DNA from: a virus
Taxonomy: Duplodnaviria; Caudoviricetes
Virus record (IMG/VR): IMGVR_UViG_3300011335_000335
Span: 1 to 36,320 of that record
Strand: one strand, 5' to 3'
Length of the DNA stretch: 36,320 nt
Positions 7,444 to 16,520 of the stretch are shown piece after piece (the first letter of the stretch is position 1; every line of letters begins with the position of its first letter). The translations under genes were made by a program, and so were the position numbers. The notes under the pieces are model-generated. The model did no database searches and was not told the DNA's origin. It was given only the letters and a program-made list of their open reading frames with translations.

Positions 7444-7760
7444 TAGCAGTGAGTGCAATGCTTGCTGTTAGGATCACAATTATAGCATCTTTTACAGCCA
7501 TTTGAGATGCCTCCGTAATACATGTGGTATTCCTTCGTGTGGTGATCCGGTATCTGTAGCCTGGGCTTCCTGATCAGTTGCTTACCGTGAGTTTTTAGTA
7601 AGGCATTTTCTCACAAAAGGGCTCTTATATTTTTCTAAACCAGGCGTTATAACCTGTTGATATCATTGAAGAAAAACCACCCTGTTTTGCTAAACCACTA
7701 CAAAAACGCCTGATCACTACCGCATGTACACGAAATAGTAAACCAGGCGTTTAAATGACT
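7444..7760 (+). ncRNA. Candidate structured non-coding RNA (3' end uncertain)
   Basis: Downstream of the plus-strand promoter with no long ORF. The 5' 11-bp hairpin relies on G-U pairs valid only on the plus strand. Nested stems GGATCAC/GTGATCC and GCATCT/AGATGC. Confidence 0.5.
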
Positions 7761-7764
7761 TATT

Positions 7765-7838
7765 TGGCAGGCCCACTTGGAATCGAACCAAGGACGACAG
7801 AATCAAAATCTGTTGTGATACCACTTCACTATGAGCCA
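7765..7838 (-). tRNA. trnQ: tRNA-Gln (anticodon UUG), CCA encoded
   Basis: TGGCTCA-TAGTGAAGTGGTATCAC-A-ACAGA-TTTTGAT-TCTGT-CGTC-CTTGG-TTCGATT-CCAAG-TGGGCCT-G-CCA folds as a cloverleaf. Confidence 0.95.
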
Positions 7839-7843
7839 GTATT

Positions 7844-8128
7844 TTATGTGATGTCTATTATTTTACCAGGGTTCATAACACCAACACTGAAGTCTGTGGT
7901 CTCGTAGGCCGCATTCAAACGACGAGCCAGAGCCACAGCATGTCCTGGTTCGGGAAATGCTGTTTTGTTATATTTCATTCCTTGATACCGTTTCTCTGGA
8001 TTGTGCTTGCGAATCTTAACAGGTCTACCTTGGTACAACACAGCATAGATAGCATCTGCTTCGCATACTTCAATAATCAAATTGTTATCACTATGGCTAC
8101 AGATCTGTGTTGGTTGTGGTCTTGCCAT
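7844..8128 (-). CDS. Hypothetical phage protein (94 aa)
   Basis: TAATG-coupled to the upstream HTH gene. Confidence 0.8.
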   Translation of the reverse strand: MARPQPTQICSHSDNNLIIEVCEADAIYAVLYQGRPVKIRKHNPEKRYQGMKYNKTAFPEPGHAVALARRLNAAYETTDFSVGVMNPGKIIDIT

Positions 8129-8823
8129 TATGCGGCTTTCTTTAATAGGTTGTATATGTATGCTTCGCTGACTTCAAACTTATCAGCAACTTTGCTAACT
8201 GGTAAGCCTGAACGATATGCTGTGATCAATTCATCTTGCTTGCAAAATCGTTTACGGTTTATCAATGGCACACCATTGCGCCACTTCTTCACAACATAGT
8301 CAATGTTGGGCGTGGGAAAATCTAACTCTTTGCTGATGTCAATGGCTCTCATACCAGCATCCAACATTGCATATACCTTAGCATGGTCCAGTTGACGGCG
8401 ACGAGGCTTTTCAGCCACAGCACGAACACTTTTGTTTTCTGGTGTTTTCCACCATGTGTAGGCAGCACCTGCTGAGCGATATGTTTTAATATAAGACATA
8501 ACTTCATGCATAGGCACAGCGGCAGCAATACCAATCACAGGATACATGACTCTGTTGGCTGTGCGAACCATGTGTTCAGGATCAGGCGCATCAAACCAAC
8601 GAATCAATTCTCTATGCTCGCTGTAAGGTAAGTTCGTGGCTGGCAGATACCAAATGCCTGCTACTGATATCTCATAAGGCGTAATTGAAGTAGCATGAAA
8701 TGTGGCATCATCAATGTTGGTCACATCCAAAGCCCTGCGTAACCAAGCCCGTGGACTACCCAATGGACCAGTTACTCCAGCAGTGGTATTTGTAGTTGTG
8801 TTAGTCCAGGTATCTTGTTGCAT
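8128..8823 (-). CDS. Putative transcription regulator with two C-terminal helix-turn-helix motifs
   Basis: AGMRAIDISKELDFPTPNIDYVVKK and SGLPVSKVADKFEVSEAYIYNLLKK fit the HTH pattern. Confidence 0.7.
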   Translation of the reverse strand: MQQDTWTNTTTNTTAGVTGPLGSPRAWLRRALDVTNIDDATFHATSITPYEISVAGIWYLPATNLPYSEHRELIRWFDAPDPEHMVRTANRVMYPVIGIAAAVPMHEVMSYIKTYRSAGAAYTWWKTPENKSVRAVAEKPRRRQLDHAKVYAMLDAGMRAIDISKELDFPTPNIDYVVKKWRNGVPLINRKRFCKQDELITAYRSGLPVSKVADKFEVSEAYIYNLLKKAA

Positions 8824-8865
8824 ACTGTTATGTATGCCGTTATTGGACCCTGGATTTTGTCAGAA

Positions 8866-9153
8866 CTATTTTAGGTGTGTTATTAGGTAGCCCATTGTGC
8901 CAAGTAGCGCAACAATAATAGTGCCTGCCACTGTGACCATTGTTTTAAACTTGTCATCCTTGGCACCACTTATCATTGTTTTAATTTCCCCAAACTGTTT
9001 GTCATTGGTTGTTTTAAGTTCTTTGAGGTCAGTGCTCAATGAGTCCATGCGGTTTTCAATATTGTCCATGCGGTTATCTAAGGCCTTATAACGCTCAGCA
9101 CACACTTGTTCATGTGTGCTGAGTCTTGCTTCTGTTGTGTCTATTGTTGACAT
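8866..9153 (-). CDS. XhlA/hemolysin-like coiled-coil membrane protein (holin-like)
   Basis: HEQVCAERY motif, coiled coil and single C-terminal TM helix; directly follows the tail fibre. Confidence 0.7.
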   Translation of the reverse strand: MSTIDTTEARLSTHEQVCAERYKALDNRMDNIENRMDSLSTDLKELKTTNDKQFGEIKTMISGAKDDKFKTMVTVAGTIIVALLGTMGYLITHLK

Positions 9154-9154
9154 G

Positions 9155-12100
9155 TTATGCGCCTACTGGAATCAATGTCAAGAACACAGCGGCTGCGCCT
9201 GGTCTTGGTGCGGCTGCCGCAATAAATGGTAGTGTAATTGAAGTATCGCTAACAGCATAGATCAATTCAAAGTAATCAGTGGTGTTGGCAGTTTGAACCA
9301 TGTTGTCCCAACCAACAATTAATGCACCTGAGGCAGCACCTGCTTTGGGAACAGTAAAGTAACCAGCACTATTGCTAATATCAGTGCCGTTCTTTCTCCA
9401 CCAGAATGAAACATTATGATCTTGTCCGTTGTCTGAGTTTTCAACTTGTGCTGAGAACTGCAACTTGAACATACCAGCCGCGCCAGGAATGATACGACTT
9501 GTTGAAGCCGCTGAAGCAATGTTGGCAAAGTCAATAGTTGCATTAGCGCCTTGGAATGGAACAGCATAACCAGTATTAGCAGCCGCTGGTGTCAGCGTAG
9601 CATCATACTGCCATTGTCCATACACACGGTTGTAACTGATTGCTGTGCCAACTAAAGCAACACCAGCATAAGTTTGTAATGTAAGAGCATCTGCTTTTAG
9701 CGTGTTGTTGGTTGGTGAAAACTGAGCAACAGTTGCAGTAGTGCCTGCGGCACCTGCTGTTCCAGCAAGAATTCTTGTGTTGGTTAACTTACTGCTGATA
9801 GTCTGAACTGAATCAACAATAGATCCTGTTTGATCACCTTTGGCCAAGCCCAAGTAGAATTCATGATCACTTCCAGATGCTGGTGTTTGGTATAGGTAGT
9901 TGAAGAAACCAATACCATAGTTTGTGCCAGAACTACCTGCTGTGCTGATACGCAGGCCAGTGCCATCATTGTCAATTGGAGCGGCAGTAGCAGTTGTAGA
10001 ACGCTTTAACAATAATGCTGGATTGGCACCAGAAGTTGTTGCTGTTCTAATAACTTCAGTTGCGCCACCTGTTGTAATAGTAGCACCACCTGTAGCAAAG
10101 TTAGCGTATGTGCTTGTGCCTGCTGTGTTTTTCAACGCAACAGTGTCACCGTTTAAAGTAGCACTTGTTGAGTTTAGAGTAGCATAAGTTGTAGTGCCTG
10201 CTGTGTTCTTTAGTGTAAATGTATCTTGGTTAATGCTACCTACAGTAGCACCCAAAGTCATGTAGTTGGTTGCAGTTAATGTGCTACCAGTGATAACTTC
10301 GTTGGCAAATGTATATGCGTTAGATTTAAATGTGGCCGCACTGGCTGTTAGATCCATAAAGTTGAATCTGTTGGCAGGAGTTATGTTGGTGCTGTTGGCA
10401 AAGCCACGAACACGGAAACCAGTGCCTGCGGCTGTGACAGTATTGGCTGCGGCAATTGTTCCACCTGATGTAAAACCAGTTGTGGCATTACTGTATGAAA
10501 TACTGCTGGTAGTGGCCGCACTAATTGTATAAGTGCCATTGTAGCCACTTGGTGTCATGCCAGCAATGGTCACACTTTGACCAGCCGCATAAGGTGCTGT
10601 GTTTTGTGTTGTAAATGTTAGTGTTGCTACTGAGCCAGTTCCTGACGCACCTGTCACTGCTGTTGTCACAGTAGTTGAGTTGGTAAATGCTTGACGAGCA
10701 TAACCTTGTGCTTGTATTGGTTGAACTGCAACAAAACCACCACCTGCATTGGCAGTAGCAATTTGTGAAACATAATTGTTTGAAGTGCCTGCAGTATAAC
10801 CATCAAAGTTCAATGCGCCTAACACCTGGTTTGCACTTGAACCAGCAGGTGCTGAACTACTACCTGTGGCACTTGACAATGCCAATGATGCGGCATTGTT
10901 GACACCTGCACTTGTATCACCTGAATGATATCTGGCTGCATAGCCTGCGCCATATCCATTGGCACCACCTGTGCTTGAAACAGCCACTACACCGTTAGTG
11001 CCTGTTACTGTGCTTAATGCACTGGTTGGTGGGACATAAGTTGTATTTTGTGTGATTAAAACTTGGCTACCGTTCACAGTCAAGTTGCCACTTGTGACTA
11101 CTCGTTCTGCATTATCAGTTGAATCAATTTTTAATAGGCCTGCTTTGCCTGTAGCACCAATGCTTAACGCACTGGCGTTGTTGTCAACTACGGTCCATGT
11201 TTGTGCTACTGTGCTTGATATGTTAGGATCAGCAAGTTGTATGATACCACTGGCGCTGTCTAAGATCAAATCACCAGTTGTTGTGCCAATAGTTTGGTCT
11301 GTGCCAACACCCACTGTGATATTACCTAATGTGGCACCTGATGCACTGAAATTGCCAGAAGCATCACGAGCAACAATAGTGTTCGCTGTGTTGGCATCTG
11401 TAGCATCACTACCAAGTGTGACTTCTGTAGCACTGGTATAAGTGGCTGTGATATGGTTGCCATTTGTTAGTTTAACTGTGTCAGTTGTAGCGTTTGAACC
11501 AGTTAAGTTTAAGTTAGCACCACCTGTTGCGCTACTTGCCGCAAAGTCATAAGTGACCACAGTTGGCAACACGCTGTTGACATAATCTACAGTTGTAAGG
11601 TCAGAGCCATTAACTGGACCAAATTGATTTACAGTAGCGTAAGTGCCACCCATTGGTGCTGTGTTAACAAAACTTACACCACCGTTGGCATTGACAGTTC
11701 CAGTTGTTACGCTATTTGTTGTAACGCCGTTAAACTGCACATTATCGCTTGTGCCTACTGCTTGTCCAATAGCAACGGTAGCAGTTGAAGCATCTGTATA
11801 ACTTACTGTGACACCAGTGCCATTAGCAAATTTAACAGTATCTGTTGTGCTGTCGCTGCCAACCAAGTTTAAGTTAGCACCGCCTGTTGTGCTACTGATA
11901 TTTTGTGTGTAGGTTGTGTTTGTATCTGGCGCATTGATTGTGATAGTATTAGCATCAGTTGCTACTACAGTCACATTGGTGCCACCAGCAAATTTAATAG
12001 TATCTGTAGTTGCATCGCTACCAACTAAATTAAAGTTTGCACCGCCTGTTGTGGCAGAAGCATCAACAGTATATGTTGTGTTTGAATCAACTTGAGCATC

Positions 12101-13444
12101 AACATAGGCTTTGGTTGTTAAATCTAATGGATTAGTAGGGCCAGCAGGGTTCACTGTGGCATATGGCGTTATGTAATCAATGAAAGTCACAACAGTTCCG
12201 CTGGCACCTTGCACTCCAGCAGTATACTTGCCAGTTTGAATACGCAAGTCATTGGTGGCAGCACCACGAGCCTGAATACCAATAAATTTACTATTCAGTT
12301 GATCACTGCTACTGGCTGCACTGATGTTGGCAATAGCACTGGTAGTTGTGTTGGGTGCTTCAACACGCCATCCTGAAGTGTTGCCAGTTGTGCTACGCAC
12401 ACTTGGACGATTTAAACGGTCATTGTTTTCACTATAAAGAATGTTAGTTGCAGGAGCCAATGACACAGTTGTGCCACCAATAGTTAGGTCATTGTCAAGA
12501 GCCAAACTACCTGTGCTGTCCAAGATCATCTTAGTAGCATAAGTGGCACCATTTTCCATTAGGCCAAAATACATTGAGAAGTCTTCGCTGCCTGCGGTAA
12601 TGTCAGTTAAGTTTACGCTGATATAACCTGCTCGTTCTGTGTTGCCTGGCTGTGCTTCAACTTGATATTCTAAAGTATTACCAAAGCCCACAGCAGGTGT
12701 AAGTGATGTCTGAGCACTTAATGCCAAGCCTCTAACAGCAGTATTAGTAACAGCACTATTTCTTGTTATCAATGTTGGAGCATCAAGACCACTGGTGATG
12801 TTGACACCATTGTTGCCAGTAGGAAGTAAGTTAAGATCACCAGAAGTTGTAGCAATAGTGTTTCCATCTACTACACCAATAGTGATGTTAGCAAAGTCAC
12901 CGCTGTCTGCTACCAAATTGTTGCGGATTGTAGTAGTGCCAGTAGGAGCACCCATTGTAAGTGTAGTAGCACCTTGGAATGCATTTACTGTTGTTGGACT
13001 ATTCACCAAAAAGAAACTACTGCTGTTGGTGCTTAAGATACTTGTTGTATCTGTGTCAATTTCACCTGTGGCACTTTTTAGTATAAGTTGTCCACTTGTA
13101 GTTGTAATTGTGTTATCTGTTGCTACACCAATGGTGATATTACCAAAGTCAGCACCAGGAGCATACAATGTGTTGTTGATTGTGGTTGTGCCTGTGCCAG
13201 CACCAATGTTTACTGAGGTGGCTGCAAGTCCTAAATTAATAGTAGTTGCGTTTGCTGGAAAAATATTACCAGTTGCGGCTGTGGTAAGAATGTTTCCGCT
13301 CAAGACATACAAGTCTCCGCGTACTACTACATTACCACTACTGTCTGGAATAGGTGTGCCAGCCTCACCATACAAACTTGTTGAGTTAGTTGAACTCGAA
13401 TTTTGTGTGGTAACTGTGCCGTATAAACTTGAAGAACTTGTCAT
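9155..13444 (-). CDS. Long tail fibre / receptor-binding protein (1429 aa)
   Basis: T/G/A/S-rich with internal repeats (3x TTGGANxNLxGSxxTTDTxK; 3x NITxGVxxDxTIxTTxGxLxL); C-terminal C1q/BclA-like beta-sandwich (GMFKLQFSAQV...WWRKNGTDI). Confidence 0.85.
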   Translation of the reverse strand: MTSSSSLYGTVTTQNSSSTNSTSLYGEAGTPIPDSSGNVVVRGDLYVLSGNILTTAATGNIFPANATTINLGLAATSVNIGAGTGTTTINNTLYAPGADFGNITIGVATDNTITTTSGQLILKSATGEIDTDTTSILSTNSSSFFLVNSPTTVNAFQGATTLTMGAPTGTTTIRNNLVADSGDFANITIGVVDGNTIATTSGDLNLLPTGNNGVNITSGLDAPTLITRNSAVTNTAVRGLALSAQTSLTPAVGFGNTLEYQVEAQPGNTERAGYISVNLTDITAGSEDFSMYFGLMENGATYATKMILDSTGSLALDNDLTIGGTTVSLAPATNILYSENNDRLNRPSVRSTTGNTSGWRVEAPNTTTSAIANISAASSSDQLNSKFIGIQARGAATNDLRIQTGKYTAGVQGASGTVVTFIDYITPYATVNPAGPTNPLDLTTKAYVDAQVDSNTTYTVDASATTGGANFNLVGSDATTDTIKFAGGTNVTVVATDANTITINAPDTNTTYTQNISSTTGGANLNLVGSDSTTDTVKFANGTGVTVSYTDASTATVAIGQAVGTSDNVQFNGVTTNSVTTGTVNANGGVSFVNTAPMGGTYATVNQFGPVNGSDLTTVDYVNSVLPTVVTYDFAASSATGGANLNLTGSNATTDTVKLTNGNHITATYTSATEVTLGSDATDANTANTIVARDASGNFSASGATLGNITVGVGTDQTIGTTTGDLILDSASGIIQLADPNISSTVAQTWTVVDNNASALSIGATGKAGLLKIDSTDNAERVVTSGNLTVNGSQVLITQNTTYVPPTSALSTVTGTNGVVAVSSTGGANGYGAGYAARYHSGDTSAGVNNAASLALSSATGSSSAPAGSSANQVLGALNFDGYTAGTSNNYVSQIATANAGGGFVAVQPIQAQGYARQAFTNSTTVTTAVTGASGTGSVATLTFTTQNTAPYAAGQSVTIAGMTPSGYNGTYTISAATTSSISYSNATTGFTSGGTIAAANTVTAAGTGFRVRGFANSTNITPANRFNFMDLTASAATFKSNAYTFANEVITGSTLTATNYMTLGATVGSINQDTFTLKNTAGTTTYATLNSTSATLNGDTVALKNTAGTSTYANFATGGATITTGGATEVIRTATTSGANPALLLKRSTTATAAPIDNDGTGLRISTAGSSGTNYGIGFFNYLYQTPASGSDHEFYLGLAKGDQTGSIVDSVQTISSKLTNTRILAGTAGAAGTTATVAQFSPTNNTLKADALTLQTYAGVALVGTAISYNRVYGQWQYDATLTPAAANTGYAVPFQGANATIDFANIASAASTSRIIPGAAGMFKLQFSAQVENSDNGQDHNVSFWWRKNGTDISNSAGYFTVPKAGAASGALIVGWDNMVQTANTTDYFELIYAVSDTSITLPFIAAAAPRPGAAAVFLTLIPVGA

Positions 13445-13453
13445 GTGTGATCC

Positions 13454-14662
13454 TTATTTGATTGAATATTGACGATACTGTCTTGGTTGCCATACGCTGG
13501 TTAAGCGTGTGTGTCCACCAGACCATTTGCCCAAATTGTTTTGGTCTTCAACAACATTCCATGCGGCATCAAACTTTTGCTGATATACTGCGGCATCTGT
13601 ATCATTGTGACGCTTGATGTAGTATTCACGCAAAGTAGCATACACATAACCTTCTGGCCATGTTTGTAAGACTGCGTTGTTTTGTACTGTTAGGCCAGTT
13701 TGTGTAATACCAGTAACTGTGCCTGCTGTGGGAATAGTGCCACCTGTTGTGGTTGCTGTGATACTGGTTGGACTTAAAATACTTGCTACACGGGTAACAC
13801 CAGCGGTGCTACCAAATGAGCCAGTGCCGGCTGCGGCGTAAATTTGATCACCAATTTCTAAATCGCCTACACTGGTCATGCCAGTGATGGTAAATGTCCA
13901 AGGTCCAGATCCTGTAATACTGCCAACTGTGCCTGTTACACTAATAACTTCATCTGTGACAGGTGCAAACAACAGCGGCCATGCTTTGTAGTAATACATG
14001 TTGATCAAGTCGCCTTGAGCAATGTAAGGCAAAAATTGATACTTGTTGTATACTTCTGAGAACTTGCCGCGAATAACTGCTGGCACATTCACTGGCTGTA
14101 GATACAACTGTGCAATCATGCCTTGTGTGATAACATCACGATCACCAATACGGTCATACACAATCCAAGGACCTGTTTGACTTGCTTGGTTGCCAGTTGT
14201 GGAGAATACTAATGTTCCACTAACTGTGCCTGTGTTGGCTGCACTCAGCGTGATAGTAGCACCACTAATGCCTGTGCTGACATTACTGATAATGGCGCCT
14301 GCACCAATGCCTGTACCTGTTACCAACATGTTGTTTGAGATTGAGCGTGATGGTGTACTTGTAAGGACAATAGTGTATTGACCTGTTGTGCCTGTTGCTG
14401 TTGCTGTTGTTGTAACTTGCTGACCTTGTTTGAAAAACAAGATAGGTTTGTTCATATCACCAGGAATAGGAATACGACCATTTTCATCAGCAACACCAAT
14501 GTTTTCTACTGCGTATGGATCTGAGCGTAGTGCTGGCAGTTCAATGTTTCTCATTGACATCTCTGCCATGAAAATACATTTTTTAATTTCGTCGTCGTTT
14601 GTGCTGCCTGTAAAGTCTTTGATGAATGTTACTAATGCATCACCTGTTGGAATTGTAAACAT
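13454..14662 (-). CDS. Head-tail adaptor / tail tubular A-like protein with two inserted beta-rich domains
   Basis: Position after the capsid; helical N-terminus (IKKCIFMAEMSMRN) and NAVLQTWPEGYVYATL C-terminal motif typical of podovirus adaptors. Confidence 0.7.
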   Translation of the reverse strand: MFTIPTGDALVTFIKDFTGSTNDDEIKKCIFMAEMSMRNIELPALRSDPYAVENIGVADENGRIPIPGDMNKPILFFKQGQQVTTTATATGTTGQYTIVLTSTPSRSISNNMLVTGTGIGAGAIISNVSTGISGATITLSAANTGTVSGTLVFSTTGNQASQTGPWIVYDRIGDRDVITQGMIAQLYLQPVNVPAVIRGKFSEVYNKYQFLPYIAQGDLINMYYYKAWPLLFAPVTDEVISVTGTVGSITGSGPWTFTITGMTSVGDLEIGDQIYAAAGTGSFGSTAGVTRVASILSPTSITATTTGGTIPTAGTVTGITQTGLTVQNNAVLQTWPEGYVYATLREYYIKRHNDTDAAVYQQKFDAAWNVVEDQNNLGKWSGGHTRLTSVWQPRQYRQYSIK

Positions 14663-14665
14663 TGT

Positions 14666-15250
14666 TTAATGTCCCTTAAAATATTTTTGTTCACCCTTTT
14701 TAGTTGGGTATGCAACCGCAACTGGGATTGGCAATTTACCGCCTGGATAGCACACATATTCTGGATACTCTGTTTCCACTACTCTGTAGAATTGTGCTTT
14801 GAGTGTTCTGTCATTCTTTAATGCTGTCCAAGGAATACCATTAAAGTACTGATCGCTGATACGAATACTAATAACACTTGGTAGTTCCATCCATTTGAAT
14901 GCAAGTTTACCATCATCACTTAAAGGTGCAAGTGGATCAGGGATACCAAGTTCTGCCGCATGTCTATAATTCTTAACACGAAGTTTGACTTCATCTGTGT
15001 TCATCTGTTCGCGCTTGATGTAAAATTTACCATCTTCGCGTCCAGTAGTTACTCGGATGTTGTTGCCTTTGTTCCATGCTGTGCGTGTCCAATCACCTTT
15101 CATGCTACGATAAAGGTCATCGTTTTGTAGCAGTTTATCTGCTAAACCATTATGGCTTGTTATCATACCACCATGGTCTTGGCGGTAGTAGTCCCAATTC
15201 TTTTCAGGATCGCTGTTATCTAAATATTCTGGATTGTTGTTTTCGCTCAT
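14666..15250 (-). CDS. Hypothetical virion-module protein (194 aa, start MSENNN)
   Basis: ATG lies 5 nt after a TAAATA box; sits between capsid and adaptor. Confidence 0.8.
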   Translation of the reverse strand: MSENNNPEYLDNSDPEKNWDYYRQDHGGMITSHNGLADKLLQNDDLYRSMKGDWTRTAWNKGNNIRVTTGREDGKFYIKREQMNTDEVKLRVKNYRHAAELGIPDPLAPLSDDGKLAFKWMELPSVISIRISDQYFNGIPWTALKNDRTLKAQFYRVVETEYPEYVCYPGGKLPIPVAVAYPTKKGEQKYFKGH

Positions 15251-15255
15251 AGTGT

Positions 15256-15261
15256 TATTTA
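15256..15261 (-). promoter_or_regulatory. T4-late-like promoter box, leaderless (cTAAATA-acact-ATG)
   Basis: Immediately after the capsid terminator; no SD before the ATG. Confidence 0.75.
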
Positions 15262-15268
15262 GTGTCAT

Positions 15269-15296
15269 AAGAAAGGACTCCTAAGAGTCCTTTCTT
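15269..15296 (-). terminator. Terminator after the major capsid gene
   Basis: Perfect 12-bp inverted repeat AAGAAAGGACTC-ctaa-GAGTCCTTTCTT. Confidence 0.85.
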
Positions 15297-15320
15297 TGTT
15301 CCTGCTAATTCTATTAAGAA

Positions 15321-16493
15321 TTAAGGAGTAACATCGCCTGCGCCTAAGTTGACACGGCTTACCAATGCCGCTGGGCGAGCACCTGGTAAACTTGCCTGAG
15401 CGGCTGTACCTGCTGTGATGTTGTTTAGAACAGCAACACCTGCTGGGTTACGCACAATCAATGTACCTTCCATGATGAACTGGTCCAATGAAGCGTCAGC
15501 ATTACTGAATACTTCGTTGTTAGGACCTAAGTCACGCAAACTACCCCACTGTACAACATCTTCGTTCAAGAAGTAAATTGCATTGGCGTTAACTTGATCC
15601 ATGATCCAAGAATCAAAGATTTCGTATGTGTAGTTGAAGTCGCCTTCGTAAGTTTGGATTGTGTCACCGCGAGCAGAATCAACACGGTTAATACCTCTTG
15701 ACTGAGGCATGTTATCACTGATAGAAGTACGGATACTTGTAGGAGCAACAACTGTGCGGATCTTTGCGTTGTAACGCTGTTCAGCAACTGTGACCAATTG
15801 CTTGTATAACGCTGGTGAAAAATACTGGTTAGTAAATGTACCAGAGTAGAACTGAGCACCGTTAGCATAAATCTGCAATGCGTTAGAGGCTTGAACTGCG
15901 CTGTCTGTAGATTCGTTGTTGTAGAAAGAATCTAAACCGCTTGTTGTGCCGCTGGTTGTATTGAAAGATTGTGTACCAGCGAAAGAGTTCAATGAACCCA
16001 TACGACGGCCTGTTTGACCACTTGGCAAGCCAGTAGCAGTACCTGTTTGGCCTGCATACTTTGTACCGATTTGGTCGTTACGAACTAATTGTAGTTCCAC
16101 ATCGAACATCAATTCGATTAACTGTTTAACTTCCTGATATGCTTGTGGATCACCACCAGATTGCATAACAGCGCGAGCAGTACCTGAAGCGGCAATAACT
16201 GTGCTGAAAATCTGTGTGTAGTTACCTAAGTTGTAACGCTGATTGCTTTCTGCTTGAGATGTAGCAACAGTAGCGCCTTCAACCTGGGCTTGAACTGCAG
16301 GAGCGCGATAAATGTCATCAGTCCACAATGGTAGTGTGCTGTTAACTTTACGCTTTTTGCTCATACACATGTTGAGCACTGGAGTGTCATCTTTGACACG
16401 GTTAGACACATCAAGGTCTAAGTCTTTGACAACGATGTCTGAGCCGTATGCTGTAGTACCGTTACCAATTTGACTGGTTGTAATTTCTGCCAT
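15321..16493 (-). CDS. Major capsid protein (DUF5309 / SU10-like family)
   Basis: NYTQIFSTVIAASGTARAV, AYQEVKQLIELMFDVE and FIMEGTLIVRNP motifs; follows the scaffold; has a terminator. Confidence 0.9.
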   Translation of the reverse strand: MAEITTSQIGNGTTAYGSDIVVKDLDLDVSNRVKDDTPVLNMCMSKKRKVNSTLPLWTDDIYRAPAVQAQVEGATVATSQAESNQRYNLGNYTQIFSTVIAASGTARAVMQSGGDPQAYQEVKQLIELMFDVELQLVRNDQIGTKYAGQTGTATGLPSGQTGRRMGSLNSFAGTQSFNTTSGTTSGLDSFYNNESTDSAVQASNALQIYANGAQFYSGTFTNQYFSPALYKQLVTVAEQRYNAKIRTVVAPTSIRTSISDNMPQSRGINRVDSARGDTIQTYEGDFNYTYEIFDSWIMDQVNANAIYFLNEDVVQWGSLRDLGPNNEVFSNADASLDQFIMEGTLIVRNPAGVAVLNNITAGTAAQASLPGARPAALVSRVNLGAGDVTP

Positions 16494-16520
16494 GATTAAT
16501 TTTCCTTAAAATTATGGTTA

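Noticed and set aside
5188-8868. Stop-codon reassignment
   Set aside because: Genes are intact under the standard code; TAG (5188, 8866), TGA and TAA all end genes, and the tRNA is not a suppressor.
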